From: a virus
Lineage: Duplodnaviria > Caudoviricetes
DNA: 64,000 bases
Strand: one strand, 5' to 3'
IMG/VR virus record: IMGVR_UViG_3300021426_000004
Coordinates: 32,001-96,000 of that record
Of the stretch, positions 19,808-30,800 are shown piece after piece. The notes beneath the pieces were generated by a model. That model was not told the DNA's origin. It saw only the letters and a list, made by a program, of their open reading frames with translations, and searched no databases. Position 1 is the stretch's first letter. Each line of letters starts with the position of its first letter. A program made the position numbers and the translations under genes.

Positions 19808-20185
19808 TCATCTCCTAATTCTCCAATAAAATGTTGGTATTTCATTACCTGAATCCCATGAATCAAAGTAATTGCCGTCAATTATAGCTACGGCATGACT
19901 CCCCGTTCCAATGATGTAAGTTCCTCTTGGAAACTGTTTTGTGAATTCTGCGACAGTAACACATTTGGGACATGCATCCGGTAATAAGAATGGCTCAAAA
20001 CCTTTGAGATAAAGATAGTGCCCCCAGACCGAATCGGCTGAGGGCATATTGAAATCCATTCTTGCAACAGAATACAGTTCGTCAAATGTTTGAATCCACG
20101 GCTGATTTAAAGCTATAGATACCGCTCGAATCACACAGTCAGGAACTTCTTTTCGCATTGGATTGGGATTTGCTTTAATCCACAT
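19808..20185 (-). CDS. Putative papain-fold (Cys-His-Asp) enzyme
   Basis: 125 aa; NPNP..DCVIRA...GSHAVAIIDGNYFDSWDS. Confidence 0.55.
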   Translation of the reverse strand: MWIKANPNPMRKEVPDCVIRAVSIALNQPWIQTFDELYSVARMDFNMPSADSVWGHYLYLKGFEPFLLPDACPKCVTVAEFTKQFPRGTYIIGTGSHAVAIIDGNYFDSWDSGNEIPTFYWRIRR

Positions 20186-20547
20186 TATTCAGGAATGAAC
20201 TCGATAAAATCTTCCAGCAGTTCCATCTGCTGAATTGAGATTCCGGGGATATCAGATAATTTTAAGGATTCTTTTGTGTTCTGAACTTCAACTTCAAAGT
20301 TTTCTATTTCCTGTTCTTTGTTCAAAAACTCTTGTGCTATTTCAGGAGTTTTGAACTTCAGGTTTCCGTTTTCATGTTCAGGTTTGTATTCATCCAATAA
20401 CTTCCGAACTTCACCTTGGTAGAACTCAATATGAGGGAGCAGTGTTTTTCTGATTTTATAAATAATCCATTTCCCCTGAATTGTAAGTTCCTGCTTTGTG
20501 AGTTCTTCGGTTTCATTATAAATCTTATTAATAATAAACTGTTTCAT
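20185..20547 (-). CDS. Tail-associated small protein (DUF1617-like)
   Basis: 120 aa immediately after Tal; acidic C-terminus ELLEDFIE. Confidence 0.5.
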   Translation of the reverse strand: MKQFIINKIYNETEELTKQELTIQGKWIIYKIRKTLLPHIEFYQGEVRKLLDEYKPEHENGNLKFKTPEIAQEFLNKEQEIENFEVEVQNTKESLKLSDIPGISIQQMELLEDFIEFIPE

Positions 20548-20571
20548 AAAATAATCTCCTTTAATAATCTA

Positions 20572-23500
20572 TTATGATTTTGCAGGCGGTAACGTATAAG
20601 CTGTTACAGATGTTACCTCACCAATACAATTGTTTACAGCTTTTGCAGTTATCGCTCTGGCAACATAAAGTACGTCATACCATGTTCCTGTATAATAAGT
20701 GTGTGAAGTACATGCAGCTAAACAATCATTCCATCCTTTATTATAAGTGCCAGCATCTTCTTTTGCTTTTTCAACTTCAGCTTCCCACTTTGTAATTGCT
20801 GCGGATACATCTACATCTACAGTTCCGCTTTTACCACTGGAAAGCTGGACACGAACTTTCCAAGGAGAACTATTGTAAATAGCTTGACTTATAGTTCCGC
20901 TTACTGTAGTTACATTTTGTTCACCATCGGTCCATGTTGCTGTTATATCATATGATTCTACGTCTTTCCCTTTAAAACCGCCTTTTCTTGGAACATAAAT
21001 TGTTTTTGCGCCTGGTGTATAAGAAACAGATCCGCGAGCTTGATCCCATGCTTCATCATATAAATTTGTTGCATCAAACATAACGCGTTCTACAGCGTCT
21101 GAACGTTTTTCTCCGCTAACATACAAATCAAGGCCAACAGTTCCAAGTGCATATCCATCATTTCCGCCTTCAGCCCACGGCATAAGACTGGAAATATATG
21201 TTACATCAACTGACGATGACATCCCTACTGTTCTTGATATCTTTCCTTTGAAGAAATTAAATGTGGCATTAAAAGTTGTGCCGTCCCATGCGCCACTTCC
21301 ATATGCGACGGCTTTATCAAAATCCGACACATTTACCGGTATACCATCAACAATTAATTGCTTCATTGTTACTTCGCCCAACGAGTTAACAGTAAAGTTT
21401 CCATCACCGATGTTAATGCTCGAACCGGTAATAGAACCGCCAGATATAGTTGAACTGCTGATTTCACAAGCTGAAATAGTAGGACCGCTAATTGTTCCAG
21501 CCAATGCTGTGATACCGCTTCTGTCCCAATACCCTATATCTTCGTTGTGAGAATCTTTGATAACAATACGACCGAACTTACCGTTTTCTCCGCCTAATGT
21601 TAATGTTCCGCCATAGATACGATCAGCGCTCATTGCTCCTGATGTAATTCTATCAGCGCTGATGTTACAGGAAACTACTGCTCCTGCGTCTATTGTTCCG
21701 GAGAAGTGTGCGTCTCCTGAAATAACAGCGCCCACAGCGTAAAGTATTCCGCCCTTGGTTACTCTGAAATAAGGAGTACTGCTAAAAGCTCCACCAGCCC
21801 AGAATACAACACTGCTGTCGTCTGCTGTAATTGGATAGAATGCCATACCTACAGTACTGACTTCTTTGCTTGAGTTATTGCCTATATAGGAATCTCCTAT
21901 ATACCAGCCGCCGATATTTCCAAGAGTTGAAATCAATGTTCCGTTAGCTTGTACTATGAACTTTGGTGCATCAGGATTGTTGTTATAGTTTCCTCCGGCC
22001 CAGAATACGATATTCGAACCAGTAGCATTGGCAATACCAATGGTGCTGTCATTCTTTGTTTCTGCATTTCCAAGATAATCAGACCTGATATACCAGCCTG
22101 CAATATTACCTTTAACAGCTCTCAGAGATCCATCGTTTGTCACTTGGAAAGGACAATACCCTGTTTGATCGTGCGGACCAATATATATAGCTCCAAGGCT
22201 GTCAATATAAAATCCGTTCGATTCTGCAGCGGCAGAACTCTTATTTCCACTGTATATACCAGATAGTCCTATGTGAATTTCACCGATAAGGCCTGAATTA
22301 GCATTAACTTCACCTGTGAATTTCGCATTTCCATCTGCTCCAAGTTTCACCATATTCGCAATATTTATACCGTCTGTTCCAACATAAATACCGGGTACGA
22401 GTGAACCAAATGGAATAGGCTCATCACTGGCGTTAGTTGGATTAAGAGAAGAAATTCTGTTATAGATATATGCATTTACAGTGTCTGAGTCAATTGTAAA
22501 TGTTTGACCTATGTTACCTATAACAACTCCGCCGCCATTGGAAACAAGCGTTAATGTGTTTCCGGCAGCAATATTAATAAGATTGTTAGCAAGGATATTA
22601 ATAATGCCATTGTCTGAATCAAGACTGAATTCTGCAACTTTTCTTGCAGAGTCTCCAACCGCAAAATAAGCAGCCGTGATATTAACTGTCGAAGTGTCAC
22701 CACTAAAAGCAACTTTAAACTTTCCACCGCCGAGATTCATTCCATCCGTGCCGATATAAATACCGTCTTTTGGAGAATTAATATCATCAGCGCCTTTTGC
22801 ACGTAAATAAAAAGCCCCTGTGGATTGTAAATTTAAAATTCCACCAGCTGAAATATTAACATTTCCACCTTCGAGATTGAGTTCTCCTCCGGAGGCAACG
22901 TTAATTTTAGCCTTGACTGTAGTGCCGCCTTCTTCATATCCAGCATTGATTTCTATTTTAGCGTCGGTTGTAAGTAATGATCCTGCCGGTCTGGAACCGT
23001 TTGTGGTTGCAAACAATTGCAATGCTTTGTTGCTTCCGATTTCAAGTTCCTGTCCGACATTGCTCATTAACTTATCGGCTGTAATAGAACCGACTTCAAT
23101 AAGATCAGCAGACAATTTTCCGGTATTGATTTCATCTGCTGTCAGACCATAACCGGTTGCAGCGGTTCTCCATTCCCACGATCCGTCTGCGTTACGTGAG
23201 TTGGCTACGCCCATTCCACGGCCGCCTAAGACCATAGCGGAGAGTCCATCGGCAGCCTCAAAGATTATATTGCCTTTCTCGTCGGTGTGCCAGTTGGATG
23301 AACCACCGTTCAACATATTCTGATTGATGTCGATAATGCCCTGTAATCTTGAGCTGTCGACAGGTCGCGTGAACGATTGTTCGTAAATAGATTGTTTGGC
23401 TCTGATATCTTTTGCTACTTCAGCAATCCGCCCAAGAACATCTGAGAAGTTATGCTTGGATGCTATAGTAAGTTTAGTATCGATATCAAGAGTTGTTTTC

Positions 23501-26500
23501 CATTCCTGGTCGTAACACTTATGAAGTTTTTCAATGTATGCCCAACAGTTAGTCTTGGATTCCTGATCAACAAGATGACATATATCTACAATATCTACGT
23601 CAGGCCATTCAGCGTCATGGGTTTCGTAGTACTCTTCCTGATGAGTTCCAAACAGATCAAGGAATGTAAAAGAGTAGCTGACCTCCGGCTCTGAAATTTG
23701 CTTGAACATAGTCATAGCATCTTTATAGAGACGCTGTTCGTCACCGTAAATATAGTTAGCATCCTGCCATCTACCATCTTTAAGCATGTCGCCTAAAGAA
23801 TCGGATAACAGGTTTTCCTGTTCTTTGATATGAGTCTGCGCATTTCTCAGTGCCGTTAAGTCTTCTTCATAAGTCTTATCTGCAAGATCTGCAAACTTCT
23901 TCATCAAAGGATCAATACCGATTAACTCCTGATCTTCAGGTACATTGGCAAGATCTGTATAAACAGGAGCTAAAATAGAATATTGTTCTTCGTTCATGTA
24001 GAAAACATTATTGTAGTTTTCAACATGGACATATCCGCCAGGTTGCTGAACATTTGTAGTGAATCTGATATACCTTGTTTGCGGTAATGTTACGAAAGAT
24101 CCTTCGCCACTTAATCCGTTAACTCCAAGGTATCTCAGGTTCACATCGTAGTAATGAACAAAGGTTCCGTCCGGAAGATCGTAGTTATACCTTGTGTCTT
24201 CCCATACCCGAATTGTTCCTGTCCTGAATCTGTTTGGAACATCCTGCTCGACACCGTTGGAAGGATCAATAGACCCATTATAGAAAGTCTTGCCTTCCAG
24301 TTCGTTTTCAAGAGGATAGAATACTGTATCTGATTCAACAGTCGAAAAAGATACAACTTCATCTGAATCGTCTTGGAAGACATATCCAAGAACAGTGTTA
24401 AGTAATAATTTAATATTCGTATCTTTCTTGGTCTTGAATGTCCAGAAAGATCCGTATCCGTCTGAGAAAGCATAATTCCCCACAGGTACATAACCGTTAT
24501 ACTGATAGTATTTATAAAGACCTTTGTATAACATATCTCTTCTTTTGCAGAGATAGATTACCTTGGAGAACATATCAGCAACGCTTTGATCCGGCACGGA
24601 TTCATATTTAGTCCAATCTCCGTTTGTAAACCTCCAAAGCCATTTGCGCTTCTGGTCATAGTAATAATCACCTTCCACGCCAAGAGGGAAGGTGTCTTCA
24701 TAGTATACTCTATACCAGATGCTTTCGCCTTTTGCGGCCCAACAGAACCAGAGTTCTCCATCCCTCATGTCATGGTGGTATTTATACAACCACTCATATT
24801 CGTTGTTGGAAGGAGAGGGGAGAACAAGCGTTGGATCATCCAGATCAAAGAATGTTGTCGGATGTTTCCTTGTTGTTGCATAGAGGTTTTCAATTAGTGC
24901 TTCGATTCCATTTAAACGACCGCCGAGTAAACCTGTCATACTGTTAGTGCATAACAAGTAAACCCTGTCGCTTGTCTGGAACTTAACATTGTTACCCCAT
25001 ACAGTCACAGCGGTAGGGAAGTCTCCGGTTGTATAAGTAAAGTCACCTGGATTACCTTCGCTGTTAACTACCAATTCTCCATTACTGTCATAGATACGTT
25101 TTAAATAAACCATATCCCAAGTAATAGGATCTGTGTTATGGATAAATAACAATACGCTTGGTGTTCCTGTTACCGGATCTCCATTAGCTTTCAGTTGGCT
25201 TGTTACATGCCACTGGAAAAACCTTCGTTCTGCTTTATCGTAGTCTGTGCGGTAAAGTACACCGTGGTCGCCTTCATCAATGTCAATTGTAAACTTCTGC
25301 GGCCATGCTTCTGAAGGAATTCCGCTTTCCGTTTCAACGTCGACTGAACTGATTTTCAATTTCAGCAGGCCCGTATTGTGTTCAGCAATGGCACTTAAAT
25401 CGGATTCGCCTTTAATATAAGATTCAGATTTCTCTTTAACGATCTTATAATATTCCGGCATTTCCTTTTGGAATCTTGCAACTTGCTGGAATGTTTCATC
25501 GGACATAAGACCGACATCACGGTAATATTTCAGCCCAAGCAAATAGGCAAAATTATTTTCTGTCTGATAAACATCCTGTTGAACAAGTTGAACATATCGT
25601 CCTTTAGGCTTGTCATATAATTCATATGCTTCACCTTTGGTTTGATTCCAGATATATGTCATGGATGTAATATCCATGTTGCTCCAGATAAGAACGTCTC
25701 CAACATCCACGTTTCCTTGAAAGAAATTATCTGTTCCTTCAAGGTTCATGCTGTATTCGTCTCCGGTTTCCGGTGCTGTGAACTGCCATTCAAAATGTTT
25801 GGCATTTTGTAATGTACATGCACCGTTCATGTCTCCGGATGAACCATACGCATACAATCTTGTTGCCATGCTGTTTGCATTGATTGTTTTGCTTAAACTG
25901 TGAATGTTTCTGTCATAGTGAAGTTCAAGAACATTAAATTCATCCCGAACCTTGGCAGGAATCTGTCTTGGATCAATATCTCTTAAAGGATTCATGCTGA
26001 TAAGATCTACGGTTTTCGTATCGCCGTGATAAATCGGCTTTGCTTCAAATACATCGCAGATCTTTTCAATAAATCCAAGAGCTCCTGTTCCGGACGGGCC
26101 TGTAATAGAGCGGACTTTAACTTCTCCGTTATCATCGAGGAAGTTCTCAACATATCCGACATTCCAGCTGGAACCTTCAAGAACTGTCGTTAACAAGGCT
26201 TCAGCCGTGCCGACATTATTTCCTTCGTCATCTGAAAATTCGAGATCAAGATTCTTGTGTTTCAGAAGTTGTGAAACATGACCGGCTTTAACGGAAACAT
26301 TCTTGGAAAAATTATTCCTTGTTATGTTTGGTTCTGAAATAACATACCAGTCGGTCTCTTTGTCATCCACAGCTTTTATCTGATACTCAGCAATTAAATA
26401 ATTAAGTCTATAGTTTTCTTCTAAACCATCTTCGCCTATGCACGTAGAAGGAATGGTAAAAGATAATTCTTTCCAGCCGTTGCGTTCTTTGTCAATGTAA

Positions 26501-26616
26501 ACATCCGTAGCCTGACCGGAAACGTCTGATTTGTTATCATATAAATCACATACTACATTGTTGTTATAATCATATATAGTTAAACATAACTTCCTTTTGC
26601 GTTGCATCCCTTTCAC
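20572..26616 (-). CDS. Tal / tail spike-hub protein (prophage endopeptidase-tail-like N-terminus, central fibre)
   Basis: 2014 aa directly after Dit; TRLYAYG; WEWRTAATGYGLTADEINTGKLSAD; repeated GNIxGWYI..VFWAGG..FxV. Confidence 0.8.
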   Translation of the reverse strand: MKGMQRKRKLCLTIYDYNNNVVCDLYDNKSDVSGQATDVYIDKERNGWKELSFTIPSTCIGEDGLEENYRLNYLIAEYQIKAVDDKETDWYVISEPNITRNNFSKNVSVKAGHVSQLLKHKNLDLEFSDDEGNNVGTAEALLTTVLEGSSWNVGYVENFLDDNGEVKVRSITGPSGTGALGFIEKICDVFEAKPIYHGDTKTVDLISMNPLRDIDPRQIPAKVRDEFNVLELHYDRNIHSLSKTINANSMATRLYAYGSSGDMNGACTLQNAKHFEWQFTAPETGDEYSMNLEGTDNFFQGNVDVGDVLIWSNMDITSMTYIWNQTKGEAYELYDKPKGRYVQLVQQDVYQTENNFAYLLGLKYYRDVGLMSDETFQQVARFQKEMPEYYKIVKEKSESYIKGESDLSAIAEHNTGLLKLKISSVDVETESGIPSEAWPQKFTIDIDEGDHGVLYRTDYDKAERRFFQWHVTSQLKANGDPVTGTPSVLLFIHNTDPITWDMVYLKRIYDSNGELVVNSEGNPGDFTYTTGDFPTAVTVWGNNVKFQTSDRVYLLCTNSMTGLLGGRLNGIEALIENLYATTRKHPTTFFDLDDPTLVLPSPSNNEYEWLYKYHHDMRDGELWFCWAAKGESIWYRVYYEDTFPLGVEGDYYYDQKRKWLWRFTNGDWTKYESVPDQSVADMFSKVIYLCKRRDMLYKGLYKYYQYNGYVPVGNYAFSDGYGSFWTFKTKKDTNIKLLLNTVLGYVFQDDSDEVVSFSTVESDTVFYPLENELEGKTFYNGSIDPSNGVEQDVPNRFRTGTIRVWEDTRYNYDLPDGTFVHYYDVNLRYLGVNGLSGEGSFVTLPQTRYIRFTTNVQQPGGYVHVENYNNVFYMNEEQYSILAPVYTDLANVPEDQELIGIDPLMKKFADLADKTYEEDLTALRNAQTHIKEQENLLSDSLGDMLKDGRWQDANYIYGDEQRLYKDAMTMFKQISEPEVSYSFTFLDLFGTHQEEYYETHDAEWPDVDIVDICHLVDQESKTNCWAYIEKLHKCYDQEWKTTLDIDTKLTIASKHNFSDVLGRIAEVAKDIRAKQSIYEQSFTRPVDSSRLQGIIDINQNMLNGGSSNWHTDEKGNIIFEAADGLSAMVLGGRGMGVANSRNADGSWEWRTAATGYGLTADEINTGKLSADLIEVGSITADKLMSNVGQELEIGSNKALQLFATTNGSRPAGSLLTTDAKIEINAGYEEGGTTVKAKINVASGGELNLEGGNVNISAGGILNLQSTGAFYLRAKGADDINSPKDGIYIGTDGMNLGGGKFKVAFSGDTSTVNITAAYFAVGDSARKVAEFSLDSDNGIINILANNLINIAAGNTLTLVSNGGGVVIGNIGQTFTIDSDTVNAYIYNRISSLNPTNASDEPIPFGSLVPGIYVGTDGINIANMVKLGADGNAKFTGEVNANSGLIGEIHIGLSGIYSGNKSSAAAESNGFYIDSLGAIYIGPHDQTGYCPFQVTNDGSLRAVKGNIAGWYIRSDYLGNAETKNDSTIGIANATGSNIVFWAGGNYNNNPDAPKFIVQANGTLISTLGNIGGWYIGDSYIGNNSSKEVSTVGMAFYPITADDSSVVFWAGGAFSSTPYFRVTKGGILYAVGAVISGDAHFSGTIDAGAVVSCNISADRITSGAMSADRIYGGTLTLGGENGKFGRIVIKDSHNEDIGYWDRSGITALAGTISGPTISACEISSSTISGGSITGSSINIGDGNFTVNSLGEVTMKQLIVDGIPVNVSDFDKAVAYGSGAWDGTTFNATFNFFKGKISRTVGMSSSVDVTYISSLMPWAEGGNDGYALGTVGLDLYVSGEKRSDAVERVMFDATNLYDEAWDQARGSVSYTPGAKTIYVPRKGGFKGKDVESYDITATWTDGEQNVTTVSGTISQAIYNSSPWKVRVQLSSGKSGTVDVDVSAAITKWEAEVEKAKEDAGTYNKGWNDCLAACTSHTYYTGTWYDVLYVARAITAKAVNNCIGEVTSVTAYTLPPAKS

Positions 26617-26621
26617 TTCCT

Positions 26622-27728
26622 TTACGCAAACGTAGGTTTATAGGAAAAACTCAGATGAGTTAAATCCATTGAATTATCAGGAATGATTTCAATCTCATTC
26701 ATCTTTGTAATTACTGTGCTGTAATTACTTGTTTTGGAAGCATGCTGATCCAATACGATAGTATTTTCAGTCGGCTGATCAACTATTTTTCTCCAAGAGC
26801 CGCCAATGTAAATATAACTTCCAATCACATCTGTATAGATGCGGTTATAAAGTTGAACAGTCGTATTGGAAATTGCTTCAATATAAAGCTCGCGAAGCAT
26901 AGGATACGCAGGGGCAAGTTGGATAAACCCTGACTCATGATAGAAATATGCAGGGGAAACATTCCCTTCTTCATCGATCAACGAAGTCTTGCCACTCACA
27001 CCATCGATGCGTACAGTTTTGTTGTAGTTGGATGTATGAGCTTTATCCATAGCTACAATTCTGCATTCCTGTTTCGTTGTCTTGTTTCGAATTGTAATTC
27101 CGGCTCCTACATCTCCAGCGGCAACAATAGACACGTCTGCTCTTTCAGTGCCGGGATTGTGTAGTAATAAAGAAGTGCTTGCTGTCAAATTCGAATAGGA
27201 CAGGGGAGTCATAAATTCCTGTCTGTCGAACAGCGCTGTACTTCTCATTAACAGATCGTGCATTGTATTGTCGCCGCCGTCATTAGGATCAGCCGGACTA
27301 TATAAAAGATCACTTCTTGCAAACGGATAGTAAGATTTCATAGTGATGGTAATCGTGCCGTTTAAATAGTTTGCAAGTTCAGGGGCGGGGGAGCTTGTTA
27401 CTGTGGCATAATAGTAACACCACGGCCTGCGTGAGAATATAAGCTTCCCAGACTTACCCATTCTGAATAAGTTATAAATACGTTCCATAAGTCCACGGTC
27501 GATAGCTTCTTCTTCGAAATAGCAACGTAGAATAAATTCTTTAATTTGTTTAGAAGCTCCATAAAAATATCCGCCATCATGACCGTCAAATGTTTCTTCA
27601 TGAATAGTCGTTTCAGCCGGACGGTAAACATAGGTATTCTCTTTTTCCGGTGCGTAGTTTAACCCAAGATCTGCAATATCCACGCCGCAAAAAGAAAATC
27701 CGCCGCGTATAAGTTTTTCACACTGCAT
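26622..27728 (-). CDS. Distal tail protein (Dit)
   Basis: 368 aa right after TMP; GFSFCG...GHDGGYFYG...GKLIFS..PWCYY..YYPFARS. Confidence 0.8.
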   Translation of the reverse strand: MQCEKLIRGGFSFCGVDIADLGLNYAPEKENTYVYRPAETTIHEETFDGHDGGYFYGASKQIKEFILRCYFEEEAIDRGLMERIYNLFRMGKSGKLIFSRRPWCYYYATVTSSPAPELANYLNGTITITMKSYYPFARSDLLYSPADPNDGGDNTMHDLLMRSTALFDRQEFMTPLSYSNLTASTSLLLHNPGTERADVSIVAAGDVGAGITIRNKTTKQECRIVAMDKAHTSNYNKTVRIDGVSGKTSLIDEEGNVSPAYFYHESGFIQLAPAYPMLRELYIEAISNTTVQLYNRIYTDVIGSYIYIGGSWRKIVDQPTENTIVLDQHASKTSNYSTVITKMNEIEIIPDNSMDLTHLSFSYKPTFA

Positions 27729-27753
27729 TCAAACTCCTCCTTTCTTTGTATAG

Positions 27754-27794
27754 GTAAAAGGAGAGAGGAGCAGTAAAGCTCCTCTCTCCTTTAC
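27754..27794 (-). terminator. Hairpin downstream of TMP (terminator or 5' stabiliser of the dit transcript)
   Basis: 14-bp stem AAGGAGAGAGGAGC/GCTCCTCTCTCCTT. Confidence 0.6.
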
Positions 27795-27809
27795 GGTCAT
27801 TTTCGAAAG
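27785..27809 (-). promoter_or_regulatory. 25-bp repeated motif copy 1 (candidate late promoter) upstream of dit
   Basis: Minus strand CTTTCGAAAATGACCGTAAAGGAGA; near-identical copies at 47052 and 58304. Confidence 0.6.
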
Positions 27810-27854
27810 TACCCATTCTTAAAGAAAAGCAAAGAAATCATAACGATTCGTAAA

Positions 27855-30800
27855 TCACCACGCGTAAGACGCAGTGTTGAAGCCACTCTTTGACAATTCC
27901 TTAGTAAATTCTTTGCCGATTTTCTGTGCGAGAGCAGAAATATCCTGATCGTTATCAATCTTAGCTTCGTTAATCGTAATGTTAACATCGCCGTAATTGT
28001 TTGTTGTGGTTCCATACATGGAAGGATCAATATGAGTCATAGTAGGTGCTTTCACGTAAGTGAATGCATCGAGCATTGCTCTCATATTAGCCCTGTCTTC
28101 AGCGTTCAGGAATGCTTCCGGTTTTTGCGGAGATCCGTGTACCATAGCAAGTCCTGTATAATCTACTTCTCCACCTTCAGAGAATCCAAAGGTTTTTCTA
28201 AGATTATCAACAAAAGAAGCAGCAGCTTTTACCGTTGCGTTTGCAACAGAAGCCACGCTGGATGAAGAAGAAGTTGAAGCTTTTTTTGATGCACTTGGAA
28301 AGTCCATATGTGTAGCAGCACTATAATACTTTCCGTACTTTTTCAGTGCAATTTTATTCGCCTCTTCTACTGTATAAGCTTCGACAGTCCAATTAGTTTT
28401 ATTTCCTTTTTCATCATATATATCCCAAATCTTTTTTGATCCTCCGCCAGAAGGCTTTCCACTTCCACTGCTTGATCCTCCACCGCCAGAAGATGGAGCA
28501 GGAGTAGGCGCAGGAGGCGGAGCAACATACCCAACACCCTTATAATCTGAGTCATACTCATAAGGTATAACACTTCTGTCTCTATTGTAGACATAATCGC
28601 TTATAGTACCACCAAAGTCATAGTTTCCAAGACCGGCAATATTTACATTAAATGTCCAGTCCTTCAGATCGTTTATTGTATCAATAATCTCATGATTATC
28701 ACTAAATGTAGCATCATCTATCATCGAAGCTGTAAAGGAATCATATAATTCTCCGGCTCGATACAAATAGCTTTCCCGTCCTGTATCTGAAAGCTTAAGA
28801 TATTCATCCTGAGTTTTCAGCAGTTCAAGGAACCCATCTCTGGATTGCATGGATTCATCTACTTGATCCCAATAGGTTCTCAGTTGACCAAGCATGGTAT
28901 ACCATGTGTCTTCCCAGCCGTTGATTAATTGCTGACGCTGTTCATCCGAAGACTTCTTAAAGTCTTCGTTATATTCAGCGTTCCAGTTTACAAAGTCTTC
29001 AAACGATCCGCTTAATAACCCATCGATAATATCTTTGAAGTTATTGATATTGGAAAGCAGTTCAGTCAGATTTTCCTGATATGTTGCCGCATAATCGTCA
29101 ATAGCCTTGGACTGATCGTTCAAGGATTGGATTTCTGCATTGGCAACATCCTGGGCATTCTGCATTGCCTGTTCCTTTTCCATCTCCTGGATCTTACGAC
29201 GGAGTTCGTTTGCTTCTTTTGTTCTGGTTGTATCTTGGCTGATTAAAGCTAATTGCCTTCTGTATTCAGCCAGCTCTTCATCCTTAGCTTCCTGATCCAT
29301 CATCTTCTTACGGAAGTTGACTCTTTCGTTAATCAGGTTTTTCTCTTCATTCAGTGTTTGCTTTTTCTTATCAAGAGTCTTCTGTTCCAGCGCCCATTGC
29401 TGTTGATAGTTCTTGGAAATAACAGCAAAGATATTATTCTGCATTGTTACTGTTGCAGAAAGCATATTCCTTTGCTTTTGAATCCAGGCACGAATAGCTT
29501 TATCGGCTTCGTTTTCAACGGCAATACGAGCTTTACGGATAGCATCTTGATTCTTCTCGATAAGCTCAGTATTCTTTTCAATTCTGTTATTAGTATCTGC
29601 AAGCTTTTCTTCCCAGGTTGTAATCTCTTTCGTAATCTCTTTGTACAGTTCTGGGAATTCTTTGGATTCGTTCAGCTGCTCTTCTAAATCTTTGATATGA
29701 TTCTGAATACTGTCTCTTTGATCTTCAAGGATTTTTCCTTCCCATTCAAGAGCAGTACCGTAATTAGTAAGCTGACCATTGTTTTGATATCTTGTCTGAT
29801 CATACTGCACAAGCTTTTGCTGGTGCTGAGAGAGATCGTAAGTTTCAGCAAAGGTTTCTTTCAGATTAGTAAATTTAGCCTTCTCAATAGCTTGTAATGC
29901 TTCCTGCCATTCATTCTTAAGAGAAGCAACATTCTCTTTTGTGGAACGAATAGTATCTTCGAGTTCTCGCCATTGTTGGCCTCCCTCTGTAATCTTACCG
30001 CTATTCTGCAAAGCAAGGTAATCTTCAAGAGCATTCTGCTGGTCTTTCAGCCGATCTGAAGCATTGCGGGCTTTCTCTTCAAGAATATTCTCGTAATTGA
30101 CGAAGTCATCATTACGAATAAATTCCTTTTCAGCTTCGCTTAACAGTTTCAGTTCATGCTCAAGAATAGAACCGCTGTCCTGATGGGCCTGAGTAAGTTC
30201 AGAAATCAAAGACTCTTCGATAGCCTGCTGATTGGAAAGAATAGAAGCTTCGTATTGAGCACTTGCTTCTTCCAACTCGTACAGAGTCTGAATAGCGCTC
30301 TGCCGTGCCGGGTCGCTTTCCTTCATTCCATCGATCTGCTTTTTAACTTGAGCAATAGCTGCATCGGTCATCTCTTTCATTTGACGATTGGTATCAATCG
30401 TACCTTCAAGAGTTCCACGATACTTTGTAAAATCGTTTACAGATTCATACATCTGCCCATAAGTATCAAGCATATTTGCTCTATGCTCAAGAGGCGCTTT
30501 CTGATTCTGAAGATCTTCAGCGATCTGTGAGATCCGAGCTTCCTGTAAATCAATAAGATCAGAAGCCATCTGGTTCTGAAGTTCAGCGTTCTCTTCTCTC
30601 ATTGCCCAGATCTTATCCCGTGTTTGAATCCAGCTGTCAGAGTTCTCTGTAAATGTTTTGAGCAGGTTTTCCCATTCCGTAATTTGTTTATCGTTTAAGT
30701 GAATTTGTTTACGGGTTTCTTCGATGGTCTGCTCCATAATACCTTCGTAGCTTTCAAATTGACCGCTCTTCTGATATCTTGCAGCCATCTTGGAAAGCAT

